Below are positions 1-12,694 of a stretch of DNA of 64,000 bases, piece by piece (the first letter of the stretch is position 1; every line of letters starts with the position of its first letter). A program made the translations under genes and the position numbers. The notes under the pieces were generated by a model. That model made no database searches and was not told the DNA's origin. It saw only the letters and a list, made by a program, of their open reading frames with translations. The stretch is from Lophium mytilinum (lineage: Eukaryota), in assembly GCA_010093605.1 (NCBI GenBank), contig MU004185.1:765334-829333 (forward strand). Direction: 5' to 3'.

Positions 1-710
1 CACTCGCAGGTCAGTCTTCGCAACACGCTACCGCAAGTTTGCCTTGACAGCCGCCCGAGGCGCTCTTTCAAGCCCGTTGAATTTGCCGAAATGGTAAGCA
101 TGCAGCTTCTTAGTATGTCATTTCCTGTTCTTACTGATTGAATGCAACGTAAAAGGCTTGAGGACAATTCTCATTTGCTCAAGCCGCCTATCAACAACTA
201 TTGTGTGTATAATGACGATGTGACTGTGATGGTACGCTCAGTCCGTCCCCCTGACTTAGGCCAAGACTTACTCGTCACTGAACTCAGATCGTTGGCGGCC
301 CCAATGAACGCACGGACTATCACATAAATGAGACCGCTGAATGGTTCTTCCAGTACAAAGGCGACATGTTACTGAAGACGGTCGACGATGGGAAGTTCAG
401 GGACATACACATACGAGAAGGAGAGATGTTCCTTCTCCCACCAAACACTCCTCACAACCCCGTCCGCTTCGCCAACACAGTGGGAATAGTCCTGGAGCAA
501 CATCGGCCTGAGAGCTCAATAGATCGACTGCGTTGGTATTGCCAGAATTGCGGCGAGAAAGTCCATGAAGCCGCCTTCCACTGCACCGACTTAGGAACGC
601 AGCTCAAGGATGCCGTTAACAAATTCAAGGCCGACATGGAAGCAAGAACCTGTCGTAGCTGCGGTACTGTGTGCGATGTAGCTCCGAAGGGCACTGCCAA
701 GGAAGGCTGA
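1..710 (+). CDS. BNA1: 3-hydroxyanthranilate 3,4-dioxygenase (5'-partial; introns 94-155 and 232-288)
   Basis: Spliced translation ...PLNLPKW/LEDNSHLLKPPINNYCVYNDDVTVM/IVGGPNERTDYHINETAEWFFQYKGDM...LLPPNTPHNPVRF...WYCQNC...CRSCG has the 3HAO cupin and rubredoxin-like Cys motifs. GT..AG introns restore the frame. Confidence 0.93.
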
Positions 711-741
711 CCGCATACAATACCCACTGCGGATATCTCGA

Positions 742-3070
742 TCACAACCCCTTCCACATCATCTTGGAAACGTGGTCAACCTTCTTTCTGCTTGGTTTCA
801 CGAGGCCAAAATATTTGAACTCGGCCAATGATCTCTGGAAGAGGGATCTATAAAAAGTATCAGTCTGATTCGGGTGGAGAACAGCTGCAGCTGGGTGATA
901 GGATATGGATCTTACGTGGTTACGTCTTCCGCTTGACTGTCTTCGTTCCCAGTGATGGCGTTGAAGGCAAGCCACAAATCGTTGACATTCAACATCGCGC
1001 CCGACTCAAGGTACAGTTGATACAAGATAGCGCTTGGTGGCTGGCTAACTGATAGTTGATGCTGCATCTCTCGTTAGCTAAAGGCAATGCAAGATGAATG
1101 AAATTGCGAGCATACTCCTTCCTCGGCCTTTGACTCTGCACAGCAAGTACAATTGAGATAGTCGTGCGGTGATGATAGAGCGCGTTCTATCGCAAATCGA
1201 GGCTTGGGTGCGAAAACCTCGTTATGTGGCGATTTGAGGTCGTATAAGAGGATTTCGGACAAGTATAGACTGTGCGGGTCAATGAGCGCTTCTGTCAGAT
1301 ACGCTTCCAGCTCATCGTGAAAGCGTCCAACCAGATCTGAATAGGCGGCATCTTGCTTGGAAAGTGTAGACTTGTGCTTGCTTAGATCTACCTTTTGAGC
1401 CACTAGGGTGGTCCTAAGGGTATTGCTTTGTATATCGTAGTGGCTTTTGAGGGGTTCTGATGTAGTAGTACTATGCTCCGTCAGGTCGGCAAGTGCTTGT
1501 TGATATGACCCAATGTCCATTGGTAGCCCACTATGCCCCGAAGATGCTAAGCTTGCTAGCACATGAGAAAATGTATCTGAGGATGCTTTCCTGACCATCA
1601 AAAGGGTCTCACGGGTCAGCGGTGACCCGTAAAGGTCTCCGGAAGCTGATCGAATGTAAAGCGAGGAGTACCGGACTTGCTGCGTTTTCCAGACAGCGTT
1701 TCTGAGGACGACAACAGTTGCGATGGCTGACACGAGTCTAGAAAGCGCTGTTTGACCTAATTCTAGATGTTGTTTGATATTCGCAAATAGAAATTGATCT
1801 GAATCCAAGAGGCTGTGTATTTCGCGGGTGGACCCGTCTTCGAGCAAGGCCTCGACATGGCTATATTATGAGTCAGTACTCTGGAAAGACTGGTGATGTG
1901 GGACACAGTCATACTTGCGGAAAGACGGGAGAGTTCTTAGAGCCTCAAATGTACCGTGGTTTATCTGATCAAACGCAAGCGAGCCATTCAGGAAGACACT
2001 CATAGGGTTTGCATAGAAATGACACATATATGCGTACTACCTTCTATTAGCTTTCTCGTGGGTATGTGATAGCATACATACCTTTAAGGCGTCATAGAAA
2101 TCTTGCGTGCTCTGGGAATGATCGCTGTGTCGCTCGAGAAGAAGCCTGCAAAGGTTGGGTCCAACGCGAAGGGACACTTGGGGCCCTTCAACAGTGGCTC
2201 GGAAGATCTTTTCGAGGCTGTCCTCGGCCTGTTCTACGACGAACTGCTCCCCTTCTAATAAAAGGATTGCAGCCCCAGTCAGTCTGTCCTGAAATCTATC
2301 CGCAGATGTTGCGATCCCGAAGAGCAGCACAAATGGCAAGCGATCGGACCATGAACTATGCGCGTTAGCTAGAATGTAGCTTATTCGCCGGGGAGATACT
2401 ACCTTAACAGCTCAATCGTTTCAACGATTATGCTGTCGTCAAAACCCTCGCTGTCCTGAATCGCAATAGTAATCTTGTCAACAGGCGTCCTGGAATACCA
2501 GTCTAGTAGAAGGCAGAGATCATAGTCAAGCGGCTTCGACCCTGTCTTGTGAGCACCACTATGTAGTAGCTCATCCTCGTCTTCGTCAGTGGGTAGTCCA
2601 GAGGTTGCCTTCCTGATTAAAGTCTTCAAAAGCGTTTTTAAATTTGGACATTCTGCCGAGTTCAAAGGAACAAAGATACTGTTGGTATCGGCAATAATCT
2701 TATCGCTCATGCGACGAAAGAAGGGTCCATGAGACGCAATGCTTGGGCCAGTAATGACGAGTCCAGTCGGGATAGGTGGCCGGTCAGGTCGAGGGCCAGG
2801 AACAACACCAGACACAAAAGCTGCAATCTTCTCCAGGGTAGAGCGATCTGCATCCTCGATGGCATCCTGAAATTATCAGCAAGGCTACCCTAGCTAGGTT
2901 GAGATTCATACCTGTATCTGATGTTCCTGCTGAGCCCATGCTTCGTGGAAGGCATGCTCGCGAAGTTCCCACGTCCTTGGTCGGCCTGTGTTGACAAGTC
3001 GGCGACGCTTTGGGGCGTGTCCAGGTTGCAGATGTGGCGGCGCATACAAGTAGCACTTCTTATCTTCCAT
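742..3070 (-). CDS. ORC3: Origin recognition complex subunit 3 (introns approx. 2911-2867, 2402-2356, 2081-2037, 1914-1861, 1115-1062, 915-848)
   Basis: Motifs IPTGLVITGPSIASH, ECPNLKTLLK, QDSEGFD, LPFVLLFGIATS, YAYMCHFYAN, PKPRFAIERALSSPHDYLNCTCC, ILYQLYLESG, FQRSLAEFKYFGLVKPSRKKVDHV. The exons join through canonical introns. Confidence 0.92.
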
Positions 3071-3546
3071 TCTTGATGTATTTGTGGTGGCCACTTGGAG
3101 GTGAGATAACTAGGAAGTGTGGCATTGTTGGCGCAACTGTAGGTTTCACTTGTGCAGTCTAAGAAGCTTGCGACGAGTGCCCGTGCGTCACATCGAATTA
3201 TATGCACGCTCAGGGCGCTTGTGTAAAGTACTGTGATCGATATACTCGAATCTCGACTCAGTGCTGAACGTCATCTTGTCTCATGATTTCATATGTACAG
3301 AGCAATGCAATGTGTGGTAGAAACAAATGCCAAGGTTTAATTGCTTGCCAATGCTACCCATGATATGGATTTGAAACACGGAGTTTTGAGTTCTCGTCCT
3401 TGCATTATCGGATGGCTTCCGCTGTGGTCTGCTCTCGCTTTGGAGATGCATGTGATCACGGCCTTAGGGATCCAAACTTCGAATGGTATATGCACCTCAG
3501 TCATGCAAGCTACCAGATCAATCGTAGGGTTCATAGGATATCTGGT

Positions 3547-4554
3547 TCAGTCGTGGTCGTCTTCCGTGATCCCGGGGCAGTCGCCCATTGCCTCCTCGTC
3601 AGAGTACTGATACTTACACCAGAAGCAGTAGTGATGCTCTTGCCGCAGGTAAATGACTAGTCGCTCCAGTCGTTGTTCGGACGGCAGAGCATTGAAGTCG
3701 TCAAGTTCAGGGTCTTCCCCCTCAAATTCTTCTTCGACCTCTTCCTCAAACACACCTGCCTTCTCGTCTCGGCCAAGCGCAAGCAAGTCTTCTCGATCTA
3801 GATCTGGGTCTTCGTAAGTCGGAAGACGCGAGCGCACAGATTTTAAACTGTGGCGCATTCGCTTCTCCCCATCACTCTCCAGCCTTTGCCGTACCAAGCC
3901 ACGCCAAAGCACATTTATGCTCGACAAGGGCTGGCCGGCAGTTTTAGGCGTGGGCATTGTGACCTTGGGTTCTAGTAGTGGACCACTGGCTTCCTTTGCC
4001 TTTGAAGTAAGCTCCTCCGCAACCCTTTGAGCGTTCCAGATTTGACCTTCGCGTTTGATTTCTTCTCTCTCCAGTCTGACGCGCTCGCGATATTCCACTT
4101 CGTCCGCTTTGACGCGCTTTGCTTCGTGGTTCACCTGCTCGCGGAACTTCCTTTTTTTCTCTGTATCGAGCCCGATGCCGCCTCTATCTTCCTTCAGCAC
4201 CACCTGGATAGGCTCCGCGCGGCCGCCTTTGTCAGCGCCTAAGGTGTCACCATGTTTGAACCCCAATTTAGCCATCATTTTGAATCCCTTGTTGGAGGTG
4301 TCGAGCAGGGGTGTGGCGAGAGCTGCCTCTCGTGCGGCTACTTCATCTGCAGCTTTCTCCGCCTTCGATTTGACTTGAGCTTTGAGCGCAGCCTGGTGAG
4401 GAAGTGTTAGAATCGGCTGGAGCAGATGTGGTGGATGAGAACGAACCTCGCGCTTTTTGCGGGCGACCCGTTGGATGGAGGTTTCCGCGAGCGGTTGTGT
4501 AGGCTCGGCGATGGCCATAGACATGTAGTCATCTTCATCCTCGGAGCCCGCCAT
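3547..4554 (-). CDS. G-patch domain / DUF4187 protein (GPATCH11-like); 54-nt intron 4446-4393
   Basis: MAGSEDEDDYMSM start, G-patch SNKGFKMMAKLGFKHGDTLG...DRGGIG, and C-terminal YLRQEHHYCFWCKYQY...CPGITEDDHD. Confidence 0.88.
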   Translation of the reverse strand: MAGSEDEDDYMSMAIAEPTQPLAETSIQRVARKKREVRSHPPHLLQPILTLPHQAALKAQVKSKAEKAADEVAAREAALATPLLDTSNKGFKMMAKLGFKHGDTLGADKGGRAEPIQVVLKEDRGGIGLDTEKKRKFREQVNHEAKRVKADEVEYRERVRLEREEIKREGQIWNAQRVAEELTSKAKEASGPLLEPKVTMPTPKTAGQPLSSINVLWRGLVRQRLESDGEKRMRHSLKSVRSRLPTYEDPDLDREDLLALGRDEKAGVFEEEVEEEFEGEDPELDDFNALPSEQRLERLVIYLRQEHHYCFWCKYQYSDEEAMGDCPGITEDDHD

Positions 4555-4816
4555 TCTTGGTCGAAGAATCGCTTTTGCTTGTGCTGGAAGCTGCAGAGTG
4601 ATCAAGCCCTAAACAGTCAAGTTCTGGCTAAGGTTGCACATGACCCGCCGATGATTAGCCGAAATATCTCTCAGCGCATCCCCAGAACCCTTTCACCTTC
4701 AACTAGAGGTCAAAATACATTACCACTTGCTAATATTGCTAGCTCTCACCAGCTCCCGACCGTGAGGTGAGTCAATAAACCGCCCTCGACCCGGGAAGCC
4801 CAGCGACCTTGATCTT

Positions 4817-5001
4817 TGTTGAAATTGGTTACGTGACGTAGGTAGTACGTGAGTAATATAATTAATTGCATATAGAACTATCTATAGGCGGTGCCATAGC
4901 TATATACTAGCTATAAGGAGGCTGGGGCTCCTAGGCGCTTAACAGGCCTTCTAGGGCTACTAGCCCCCTTAATTTCTTATACCTTATACTAAATTTTAAT
5001 A
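4817..5001 (-). repeat. 3' LTR of the Copia element
   Basis: Aligns without gaps to 12695-12879; the differences I see are C/T and G/A transitions. Confidence 0.93.
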
Positions 5002-5180
5002 CTCCCTCTTAATTAAAGGTATAATAGAATAGTAGCGCCTATATATAGCCTAAATATAGCCTATACTTTAGGCTCTAGCCTTAGTAAAACCCTCTAAAAC
5101 CTTATTAGAAAAAAAGAGAAAGAGTGCTAGGTAATTATAAAGAAAAGAGCGCTAAAAATAAAAGAGAAACTATTAACTTT

Positions 5181-5338
5181 TATAAGAAGCTATAGACCTT
5201 TATAAGAAGCTATAGACCTTTATAAGAAGATATAAAGAGAAACCTATATAGTAAGTTATTTAAAAAGAGATATTAAAAGAAACCTTAAGAGATATTAAGA
5301 GAAACCTTAAGATATTAAGAGAAACCTTAAGAGATATC
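5181..5338. repeat. Short tandem repeats in the Copia 3' region (20-bp unit x~2.5; ~22-bp unit x~3)
   Basis: TATAAGAAGCTATAGACCTT is repeated at 5181-5229. AAGAGATATTAAGAGAAACCTT-like units occupy ~5265-5338. Confidence 0.75.
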
Positions 5339-7090
5339 TAGAAGAATCTATTTAGTAAGCTAAATAAAACTAAAAAGAGCTAATTTCTTTTAATCTTCTA
5401 TAGTATATACCCTATTAGGTATATTAGCTATAGCTACTATCTAGTAGAGAGTATTCTAGATATATTTCTTTTATCTAGAGAAGACCTAGCTACTACTATA
5501 CTATATAGCTACTATTACCCTTTCTTTATTTACTATATTATAGAAAAAGCGCTAGACTCTCTTTAGAACTTTTCTCTACCTTTTAACTTACCTATTATCT
5601 ATATAGATAGGCTCTAGATTATAGTTATAAATAACTATAACCTTACTAATATAGTTTATAGTAGTAATTACTACTATTCTCTAGTAGTACTATACTATAT
5701 TCTTCTACTTACTAGCTCTTATACTAACCTAGAAGTTTATAGAAGCGCTAAAGTATCTAAGCTAAACCTTTTTTTACTAGTAGTTACTTTTCTAGAAGCT
5801 TCTAAAGGTTACCCTTTTTTAGTAGGTAGCTTTAGCCTCTCTAGAGTCTTCTTCTAGGGCTATTACTTCTCTAATAGCTTCTTTAACCTAGAAAGTTTTA
5901 ATAATTCTATTCTTAAAGAAAATAATATTAGAAAAGATAAAAAAGAAACTATATTCTACTTTAATATATTATAAGAACTCTATAAATTCTACTAGAGAGA
6001 GCTAAGAGTTACTAGAAATATTCTTAAGTAGAATAGAATAGACCTTATCTACCTAGGCTATATTATTAGGAGAGGCTTTAATAAGGACCTAGGTAAGTAG
6101 ATTATTAAAGGCTTATCTCTATAGGCTTTTATACCTACTAGCAGGCTCTAGTTTAGGTAATTTAAACTAAGATTTATATAGTTAAAGAATAATATTTAGG
6201 AGTAAATTACTTAGTCTAATATTAATAGAATTTTCTATAATACTAGAATCTAAATCTTTAAAGTTTAGAATTTTAGAAACTATAATTCTTTTAGTACTAT
6301 AGGTAATACTAGTAGAGTTATAGATACTTAAAGAGGGTAAGTTTATTAGGTTCTAGAAAGTAACTAAGTTTAAGAGTAAATAGCTTAGTTTAATATTAGT
6401 AGAATTAGATAAGATTTTATTAGTATATATATTAGAGTTAGTAGTATTAATATTAGAAAGAATTTTAGCGCTAGTAGTACTAGAGCTAGAGTTATAGGTT
6501 ATTAAAGGTAGTAATATTTTAGAGTTAGTATACTTTATCTATTTTAGGTATAGATTTCTTACCTTCTCTTTACTATACTACTTTATAATTAGGTAGCCTA
6601 AATATTTATAATTAGAGCTTTTAGAATTAAAAGAAATTTTAGTACTAGTATACTTAGGTATAAAGTTATAGGGCTTAAAAGAGAATAAGTTTACTTAAGA
6701 TAGAGGAGATATTTTAGTAGAAAATAGAGGTTCTAGCTAGAAGTCTAGTAAATTTAGGCTATATAATAGCCTTCTAAATATCTAGGGTAGCCTATTAATA
6801 TAGGCAGTAGCCTAGGGAGCGGCTAGTAATAATAGTAGGTGGCCGGTAGAAAGGTAGCTAGCCTGGCGGCTAGCCTAGCGGCTGGCTGGCGGCTGGCTAG
6901 CTGGCTGGCAGGTCGGTGGCTGGCGAGACTTGGAGGCGGCTGGCAAGGCTGGCGAGGCTGGCGAGGCTAGAGAGGCTTGCGAGGCTGGTAGGCGGCTAGT
7001 ACGTAGAGATAGGTAGGTAGCTAGTAGTAAGGGGTAGGTAGGTAGCTAGATTATATAATCTATTATATAATACATCTAGCTAGCGGCTTT

Positions 7091-10000
7091 TTATAGACTA
7101 AGTGCGCTTCTAAAAGCCTTAAATATAACCTTAGATAGTACCTTTATAAGCCTATTAGCTATCTACTTAGTAGTTAGAATAAATTATAGGTTAACTAAGC
7201 TATTAAGTTACTTCTTTCTTATAAAGTAATACTAGATGTTAATATACTTAGTCCTAGTATAAAATTAAGAATTCTTTACTAATATAATAGCCCCTTAGTT
7301 ATTACTAAAGATAACTATAGCTTTAGGTTCTTTACTATTTTCTATTAGCTCTTTAAGCAGTTATTATAGCTAGATAGCTTTCTTAGTTGCCTGCATCTTC
7401 TCTATATATTTAGCTTTATATAAAAAGAGTATAATAGTAGGTTACTATTTTAATAACTAGCTTAAGGCGCTGCTACTAATATTAAATATATAGCCTACTA
7501 TAGAGCGCCGGGTTTCTATATTACTAGCCTAGTTAGCGTTAGTATAGCCTTATAAAGGCTTAAGGCGTTCTTAGTATACTAGCTTATAATTAATAGTGCT
7601 CTTTAGGTACCTTATAATACGCTTAATAGCTATAGTATAGGCTAGAGCTAGGTTTACTATATACTAGCTATAGATAGATACTATAAAGGTAATATTTAGG
7701 CGCATTCTAAGTATAGTATATATAAGTAACCTAATTATACTAGTATACTATTTTCTATTAGCTTTACTAGCCTAGTAGCTATCTTTATAGGCTTTAAACT
7801 TCTCTATCTATATTAGAGTAGTATTTAGCTTTAAATTATATAGCCTAAATTACTCTAGTACCCCTTAAAGGTACGCCTTCTAATTTAGAGTAAGAGTGCG
7901 CCGCTACTAGTCTCTTCTTACTTCTATTCCTAGGTAGAAGTAGTATAGGCCTAAGTTAGTTATCTTAAAGCGCTTATTAAGCTTAGCTTTTAGCTAGGTA
8001 ATCTCTATACTTAAGGGGCTAGTAATTAAGAGGTTATTAATATATATAGTAATATATATATTTCCTTTAGTAAAGATTCTATACTTAGAGTCTAAGAGGT
8101 AAAAGTCTAGCATCTTAAGAAAGCTAGATAGTATCTAGTACTAGATCTAAGGTAATTGCTTTAGCCCGTATAAGGCCTTCTTAAGTTAGTAGATCTACTT
8201 TCTAGTTTCTAGACCTTCTAGTTAAATAATATAGATTTTCTTATTAATATTACTATATAGAAAAGCCGTTTTAATATCTATTTACTTAATCTCTAGATTT
8301 AAGGCAGCTACTATTATAAAGAGCGCCTTATAGCTTATAGGTTTTACTATAGAGGTAAATATCTTATTATAGTTAACTTCCTCTTTCTAGTAGAAACCTT
8401 AGACTACCTATTAGGCTTTATAGTAGAGGATTTTACTACTAGTACTACGCTTAATTTTATATATCTATTTACTATCTAGTACCTTTTTATATATAGGTTA
8501 GCTTACTAAACTCTATATCTTATTACTTTCTAGTAAGTCTATTTCTACTTTTATAGCCTTATACTACTATTTCTAGGCTTATATATTTTAATAAGCTTTT
8601 TAGTAGCTATAAGGTTCTATTAGTGCTACTATACTCTATAAGGCAGTTCTAAGTAGACTAAATAGTAGGCTATACTATAGTATAAAGGTATTATAGTATA
8701 TACCTTTATTAGCCTATTTAAATACCTAAAGTACTAGTATATAGTATTTAAGAGCTTCTAAGTCTACTAGATAAATATTTTTATTACCTTTATCTTTATC
8801 TAGTATAAGGGTTTCTAGAGAGGCTTCTTTATTAGAGTCCGTATCTATAGATAGTATACTAGGCTTATTATTCTATAGCTTAATACTTAGTAATAGTAGT
8901 ATCTCTACTAGTAGTTCTAGGCGCCTTCTATGCGCTATAGGCTCTAAGTTTAAGAAAGAATTATTATTCTTATTATTACTATCTTTTCTACTTCTAGGGC
9001 TAGAAGCTTTCTTAGAAGCTAACATGCGGGGTCTCTTTACTAGCCTATTTTCTTTAGCTAGTAGAGTAGCACCTATTATATCTAGAACTATTTTAAAGTT
9101 ATTAAGAGTTTTTTCTATATAGGGCCTATCTTCTAGAAATACTATATTACTAGACTAAATTAAGATACCTTAGGGGTTAATAAGAAGGTAAATATAAGCT
9201 CTCTTATACCTAACTAGCTAGTAGATTTCTACCCGGTTATCTAGGAACTTTTTATAGCGCTTTAGCGGCACTAGTATATAGTACTCGCACTCTAATATAT
9301 AGAAATAGCTAATATTTAGCTTATCTTCTATCTATTTCTTATATAGGGTTATGCTAATAATAGTACTTAGAAACTAGTTATAAATCTTAATAATAGATAT
9401 AAGAATATATAGCTAGTACTTCTATTCTAAATTACTAGACTATATTATAGAGTTAAGTTTATTTATAAGAATATTATTTAGAATCTTAGCCTTACTATTT
9501 TACTAGTACTAATTACGCCTAGTAGGCTTAATAATAATTCTATAATTTATATAGTATTAGTAGAAGCTACTATTCTAGTTCTCTTTTAACTAGTTAAGTC
9601 TAATCTATTATATACAGCGTTCCGCGGTTTTATACCTTTCTAGGAAATTATAGAAGGCTTTAAAGAAGTCTAATTTCTTAATAATAGAGTATACTTCTAT
9701 AATCTATATAAAATTATTAAGAAAGGTTATCTAATACCTTTTCTTATAGTATTCTAGGTATAGAAATAATCTATAGATATCTATATAGATTAGCTCTAAA
9801 GAAGCCTTACCTCTTTAAATTAGGTAATTATAAGGCCCTCCCTTTATTCTTTTAAGAACGCAGTCCTTATATAGATACTCTAGGGGGTTCTTATCTATTC
9901 TAATAGTTATCTTAGATAGCTTCTTAAGGCTATCTTTACCTAAATAGGCTATCTACTTATACTAAATAATAAGATTAGGGTTAGAGAGCGTAAAGGCGGT

Positions 10001-11428
10001 AAGAGTAAAAGTAGATAGCGTCTAGCGTTAAATATTAAGAATATAGAAACTATACTAGTAGAGAAAGTTAAAAGTAGTATCTATAGTAGTAAGAGTACTA
10101 CTATTTAGGCTAAAATTCTATAGAGCTTACTTATCTATTAGCTTAGAGATAGAAATTAAATTAGCGCCTATATTAGAGTAGAAGAGTATATTAGTAAGCT
10201 AAAGGCTTACTTCTACTCTATTAATATTATAGTAGAGGTTTAAGGTACTAATACTTCTAGAGTATACCTAGAATCCCCTAATTCTATTAATAGGTAGCCT
10301 ACTATACTTTTAGAGCTCTATAAAGTTGCTCTATTATATAGAGTAGGTTTAGCTATACCTAGTATTAGTAATATATACCTTTATAAAAAAGATATCTACT
10401 ATACTAGTAGTAATAGCTATTAGGCCTATATAGTAAATTAGTAAAGATTATATTAAACGCGTAAGAAGTATAGTACTACTACTTTCTTTAGTAGTATTTT
10501 CTTCTTTTCTACTCTTTTTCTACTTCTTCTTAGACGGCCTACTACCCCCCTTTTCTTCTACCTTTCTCTTTCTATTCTATTTCTTTTTAAATTCCTTCTT
10601 AAGCTCTAGATAGAGCTTCTAGTATATAGTAGCTATATAGTAAGTCTTATTATAATAGCTATAGAGGTTAACCTAAATTATTATTTTATTAGAGCTAGCT
10701 TCTAGAAAGGTAAAGCCTTTCTTTAACGCTAAATTATTTAGGCGAGCCTACTTCTATTTCTCTACTACCTTATAAACTTTAGTAAAATTAACAGCCTCCT
10801 TAACTATAGTGCTAGGGCTATCTTCTATATTCTTATTTACTAGCTTAGTAGTTACTATAATAGGGTGCTTAGTACTATAGGCTTCTACCTATAAGACCTA
10901 GTTAGGCTCTAGACCTCTTAGATACTTATTAATAAAGAAAGGTTTAGAAACCTTTCTATTATTACTAAGTAATATAAGGTTTTTACGGGCTTTACGCATC
11001 TAGTTAGCGTATTTAGTAATATTATTAAACTTAGCTAAGCTTAATTTCTTATACTCTCTTTTAAACTTATTAAAGATAGTAGCTCTAGTTAGTTAAAATT
11101 CCTTCTAGAGGGCTATTATTATTTAGTTTACTATCTTGCATTTCTTAATAGTATTTTTAGGGTTCTACCTAAGTTAGTTAGTAATAATACCGCATACCTA
11201 CTTATTCTTATCCGCCTAGTTATTTTACTAGCGCCGCTTTTTAATAGCGTTTAAGTCTATTATTTTACTATTAACTAGCGCGGCCTTTTAATAAGTAAGG
11301 GGCTCTTTAAGCCTATTTCTTATAATATAGTTCTAGATTTCTACATTCTACTAGATCTAGTTAAAGGATAACTTAAGGCATTATATACGCTTAAGGCTGC
11401 TAGCGCCTTTCTCTTCTATTCTAGATAT
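7091..11428 (-). pseudogene. RIP-degraded Copia gag-pol (gag, CCHC knuckle, protease, integrase, RT, RNase H)
   Basis: Reversing RIP transitions on the minus strand gives motifs in Copia order: CCHC ~10620-10670, YIADTG ~10360-10380, WH.RMAHL ~9940-9965, LELIHTDICG ~9770-9800, QNGKAE.LN ~9480-9505, YKARWVVRGF ~8395-8422, MDVKTAFLY ~8255-8282, LKKALYGLKQ ~8157-8185 (intact), YVDDLL ~8028-8047, DNQGA ~7290, RTKHIDI ~7240, ADGLTK ~7145-7160. Boundaries are approximate. Confidence 0.9.
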
Positions 11429-12694
11429 TCTTAATAGAAGTCTTAGAATAGTAATAGAAAGACTCTTTAGGACTATAGCGGAGATAAAGATAGAGGTAGA
11501 GGTAGAGATAAGAGTAACAGGTGTATTAGTAATAATAGTAATACTATATATAATAGAGATAATACTATATAGAATAAGAGATTAAAGAAGAATAAAAATA
11601 AGAATAAGCTATCTAATAAGATTAATAGCGGAGGTAGTTAATAACGTAGACAAGTTTTAGGAAGAGAATTAGAATTAGAATTAGAAGGGGTAAAATAAGC
11701 CTATTTTTAAAGCCGTTAATAGGGTTTAAAAGACTTAGATAGAGGGATAGATATAGTAGCTCTCTTTTACTTAAGAGGTTTACAGCATTAAGAAGTAATA
11801 GAACCCTTATTAGTTTCTAAAATATTAGTATCTATATAATATCTAGTAGAAGAGTTTAAATAGAGAGAGCCTAGTAGAGTATTAACTTTAAGGCTAAAAA
11901 GCTTAAAGTTACTAGCTTCTAATAGTTCTAAGTTCTTAGTTATATAGCTAGATATTATAGTTAGTAATAGTTTATTAAGAGGCTTAAAGAGTATATTTTA
12001 GAGTAGTTCTATAAAGAGTAAGAGTAAGCCTAAATTCTTAAAGTCTTAGATAAGATAAGAAAAATAGTAAAGATTAAGAAAGTATAGAAGGTAAGCTTAT
12101 TAAAGGGGTCTTAGTTAAAGGGACTAAAGTAATAGTAATAATAGAGAAGAAGAAGATATAGTAGTAGGGCTAGTATACTTATCTACTCTCTAAATTAGCC
12201 TTTTAAATTAGAAGGGGCTAGGTAAGTAGGTAGCTAGTTTAGAAGCCTATATTATAAGAGGTTAGTAAAAAAAAGAAGGTTAGTATTTTAATAAGGTTGG
12301 GCGAGTATAAGGTTAGGCCGGTAGCTAGCATACTAAAAGAGGCGCTAGCCACGTAAATAATACCTAGCCTTCTCTAGCCCTATTAGCTAGCCCCTTAGCT
12401 AGCCTCTACTATAGTAGTATTCCGCCTCCAAGGCCTACTATCTACCCGCCCCTTTTATTTCTAGCCCCTAATTTTAGGCTTTAAAAATAGGGCTAGAGGT
12501 AACTAGACCTCTCTAGGCCAGCCACTAGGCGCTAGTAGTAATGGCGCTAGTATAAACTAATAGTAGGCTGCGCAGTAGAAGCGGCTGTAAGGCCGTTAAT
12601 AGTGCCCTTCTATTAAAATTTTGCGTTAGAAGTAGAAGCCTTTTAGCTAGATTAGAGGTAACTTAGCTCTAGTTGCACTTCCGGGCTTATAACC

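Noticed and set aside
4393..4446. In-frame stop-free intron in the G-patch gene (also 17143-17199 in the quinone reductase)
   Set aside because: Good donor, branch and acceptor signals; short 3n introns without stops are common by chance.
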